A DNA stretch of 64,000 nt, from assembly GCA_032718475.1 (NCBI GenBank), contig JAUCBJ010001698.1, positions 1-64,000 of the forward strand, written 5' to 3'. A program made the position numbers and the translations under genes. This DNA is from Nemertoderma westbladi (taxonomy: Eukaryota > Animalia > Xenacoelomorpha). Below the pieces are notes generated by a model. It was not told the DNA's origin. It saw nothing but the letters and a program-made list of their open reading frames with translations, and ran no database searches. How positions within the stretch are numbered: position 1 is the stretch's first letter; each line of letters opens with the position of its first letter. Below are positions 60,462-64,000 of the stretch, one piece after another.

Positions 60462-62861
60462 GTTGACATTGCAGCATTTAAATTGGATAAATTGAATAGG
60501 CCTATTTGATTGTAGGTACTGTATGCTCACGGTTGAAGATCCCGGTACACGCGAGCGAACTCTACTAAATTAAAAGTAGGGCTAGAGATCGCTATGCCGT
60601 CATCCTATAACGGTATGTTAACCTTAGCAAGTAAAAGTCACACGCAGTTACGCCAGGTAGACTAACTGAAGTAGAAGACCTACTATTTGAAGTATTTACG
60701 GCTGTCCTGTGCATGGCCTTTACTTATAGAACGCCATGGTTATAATAGAAAATTCCTGACAATGAGGTAACACTCGAGTACCTCACAACAATACAGAATA
60801 CAGTACATTCCAAATTGTGTATGTCTCCACTCCACGATCATGTCTACAGTCTACAGATGCCTTAATTCCACTCCAGACATATAGACCCCTCAAATTCCTA
60901 AGGTGACACCCCTAAGAGAATACGTTCCGAACTATATCTAAAAGGTCCATATTTTTAATCACATCTTGAAGTATCTAAAGGTCCAGGACACAGTGACGTC
61001 ATGTCCATGACCATGATCAGCTACGCTCGCTATTCATGCATTTTTTAATGTTCTGTGATAAGTTCATATGATTCTATGTTTCGTACCGTTTTTCTTTGAA
61101 CTGTTCGGTTTGCAAACAGTTTCAATTTGGTTTTGTCGTCCACAACTGTGACGCCCTTATATTTCGAAGGGCCGACACCGATAAGCATTTATCGTTAACA
61201 GTTATTCATTGGAGATGGCTGAAAAGAAGATGTACAATTTGTAATTTTGATGCATGATTTAAAACCATCGCAATAATAATAATTGTAGAAAACAACTTGG
61301 CCAACAGAACTGAAAGTAAATAACCTGAATCCGTACCAGTGGAGACATTTTTTTGTCGATTTTCCCTATACCCGTGGTTATGCTTCTTACCATTCCGGCT
61401 ATTTATCTATGCCCGTTATGAAACACTTAAAAACAATTTAAAACTAAATGAATGTTGATTTAATATACTGAAAATTATATATAATAAATGCATTAAATTT
61501 AATAAATTGCGAACGTCAGACAGTTTATTAAGTTAAATGCAGTCTGGTTGTCTGGTAGTGGCAGTTGCAGTTATACAGTTGTAGGTGTGATTTATTGTAA
61601 ATAATTTATTTATTTTAGATGAACAACACTTTTAATGGTTGGCTAGTGGTGGTTGGGGGCGCGGTAGGGAGTTTGGGAAGTTGGGAGCAGCCAATTTTGA
61701 AACAAAATTATAAGTTAAAGTTCTAAGTATTTGTCATTGGAAGCCGGTAAATTCGCCATAAATACAAAAATTTTCAAAGTGTTTTGCTACGGGAACTGGT
61801 AAAATGATATTAAAAAAAAACTGACGGACTACTGACTTATGTAACTCACATTGTGGCAAGATTCAACTATCAGGCCGGCAGGATATTGAAATGTACCGGT
61901 ATGGTGCCTGATTTGTTAAATGATTATAGTGTACTGTATCCAATGCACCATGCACCGGACGTATGATTTATGTGTTGTGTGTAGTCCTCAAGGAGAGTGA
62001 GTAATTCATAACATATTTATTATGGAACAACAGTTTTTCTAACATGCTTTGTGAAGGGAAAATCGACCTCTCATGAAAATATTTTTTACATGTTTAAATA
62101 CGCACGCTGGACTGCCTGTAAATTGAATTTCAGGTAAATTTAATGAAAATTGAGGAAATATTGCACATTTTAAAATTAAAAATTTTTGCAACAATTATAA
62201 ACACACTTGAGTTTGTGACGTGCCGCGCGAAGCGGAAATAGCATTATCTTTAAAATATTTTTTCTAAGTTGGCCACTATAGGCTGTTAAAGTTTAGGAGC
62301 GTTCTGATAAAAAATGTTCACAGTGTTTAATTGTATGGCACGGGCATTTTCGCCATGATTATTGGAAAATTAATGAAAAACATTAATGAAAAATAATTCA
62401 CACAAATTTGAAGTGCTGGCACTCATAATACACCCTTGTGGAACTCCACTGAGAACAGGAACTCATTTTTTGAGTCAGACCCGCCAGCGTATTCCCAATC
62501 CTTACACTACCAGTAGGAACACATCATGAATTGGCGCTTGGGATTAGTTAATAAACTATTATTTGATTGGACGTTGAAATCATGTAAGGAATGGAGATAG
62601 GGGTCGAACTAGTGTAAGGGTTTTTTTCACTTACTGTAGATGGCAGGTAAAGACAAAGTGTTCCATTCCAAACGCTGTAAGGAATGGAGAAAAATGTAAG
62701 GGCGGTTATTATACCAACAGTATTAGAAGAGTAGGCTAGCAGCAGCAGCAGGTGACATTAGCCTAGTTAGTAGAGGCCTATAATAGAACATCGTTGTAAT
62801 GATTTATACAGGGTTGCCTGCGTAGGGCCTATGGTAAAACAATTGGAACATTGACTACTAG

Positions 62862-63920
62862 TGTTCGCGCTTTTAGACCTTAAACAGTTTAACCTGCTAA
62901 TTTAAGTGTCTTATGAATTGATTATTGCCCGTACCAATTGACATCAGCAAAAGCCAGTCTAGCGCGGCGTATGACCCACGGGTGTGGGGGTCTGGATTCG
63001 GTTCTAGAGTAGTATTGCAGTAGGCTACTTTGTATTATTCGATTGATCACTACTATATAATCTCCGACAACTATATTTCACTTTCGGGGAAATATTAACA
63101 GTTCCTTTGGGACGTGGCGCTTTAAGTATCAAACAGAGTTATGACTAACACTAATTACAACTAGTGGCAATAAGATAACGCAAATGACGCATTCTTTAGG
63201 AATGCTTTATTAACCTTCACACTAACTTTATACAATAATATTCACACTAATGCACACTGATTAGCCGACTGTCACTGATTTTTATCATATATAAGGAGGA
63301 TTGCAACCACATGAAATAGCATTTAATTCACACAGACCACTATAATTTGAGCCACAATTGCTACTGATACACCCTTCTGCTTACCTCAGTAATTAAGAAA
63401 GTCAAGGGGGATCTTACGATTATTCATCAGTATTCTCCAAATATAACATTAATAATACATTAATATAAACAGCAATTAACAATAGTATAAAACAGTATAT
63501 TAGAAAGCAGTGCAGTGCGGTGAAATGAGTATGAATTACGATGTGAAATAAGAGTGAAATGTATGTCGAGTGATGCGTTGAGAGAGTTAATAGATTTGCG
63601 TTCCTATGACTCTAGGCCACTGATGTTAGGGCAAAGTCAGAGTGTCAGAATGTCCGAATGAATTCTGAATGAAAGAATTCTCTGAATTTGCCGCATTGCG
63701 TCATCTCTTATAGGCCACTGATAACAGAGTTAGGGAGATCGCTCTGATTGGCTGAAATATATGTCAACAAAGCACATTTCTCACACAAAGGAACAGCTGG
63801 TAGATTTTGTCATTCCAACTCTGGGTTTTTTGACAGACATGTATTTGTACAATTATAAGCCTTTTAGAGTATTTAGCGCATTGCGCAAAATGACTTATTT
63901 TGTCTGCAAAAGCTTTTATA
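62862..63920 (-). mobile_element. 3' LTR of a third BEL element, a diverged relative of element 1; the internal region runs off the window
   Basis: Starts TGTTCGCGCTTT.AGACCTT like 12226 and shares CACTTTCGGG..AATA.TAACAGTTCCTTT.GGACGTGGCGC. Followed by CCGCTCCCAGAAAATGGGATTTAA as at 13432. Confidence 0.9.
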
Positions 63921-64000
63921 CCGCTCCCAGAAAATGGGATTTAAGTCTATAAAATATATATAAAATCACAGTTTCGAATATAAAAATACTCTAAACTATC

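Overview
AT-rich animal (invertebrate-type) genomic DNA. A 7-exon tandem-C2 synaptotagmin-family gene (+, ~2465-52845) has two consecutive introns inflated by full-length ~18.5 kb BEL/Pao LTR retrotransposons. Element 1 (-, 12226-30604, 1206-bp LTRs, TSD AGGCC) is decayed and sits in a LINE fragment. Element 2 (+, 32947-51734, ~1.94-kb LTRs, TSD ATGTT) has an intact 2917-aa gag-pol and sits in a MITE. A third, element-1-related LTR starts at 62862. MTHFS (-), a hAT relic, TTAA/piggyBac-type MITEs and satellites fill the rest. The most interesting system is shared by both divergent BEL elements: in the env position each carries a homologous ~1250-1350-aa extra ORF encoding a DEDDy (WRN/EXD/RNase D-like) 3'-5' exonuclease plus three CCHC zinc knuckles, and neither has a TGG tRNA primer-binding site. 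In element 2 the 12 nt directly after the 5' LTR are perfectly complementary to a site inside its own LTR, which is self-priming geometry. Element 2 also has TA...TA termini, a tRNA-like Pol III cassette in U3 and an 11-copy dispersed hairpin motif. All domain calls are by-eye motif recognition; no searches were run.
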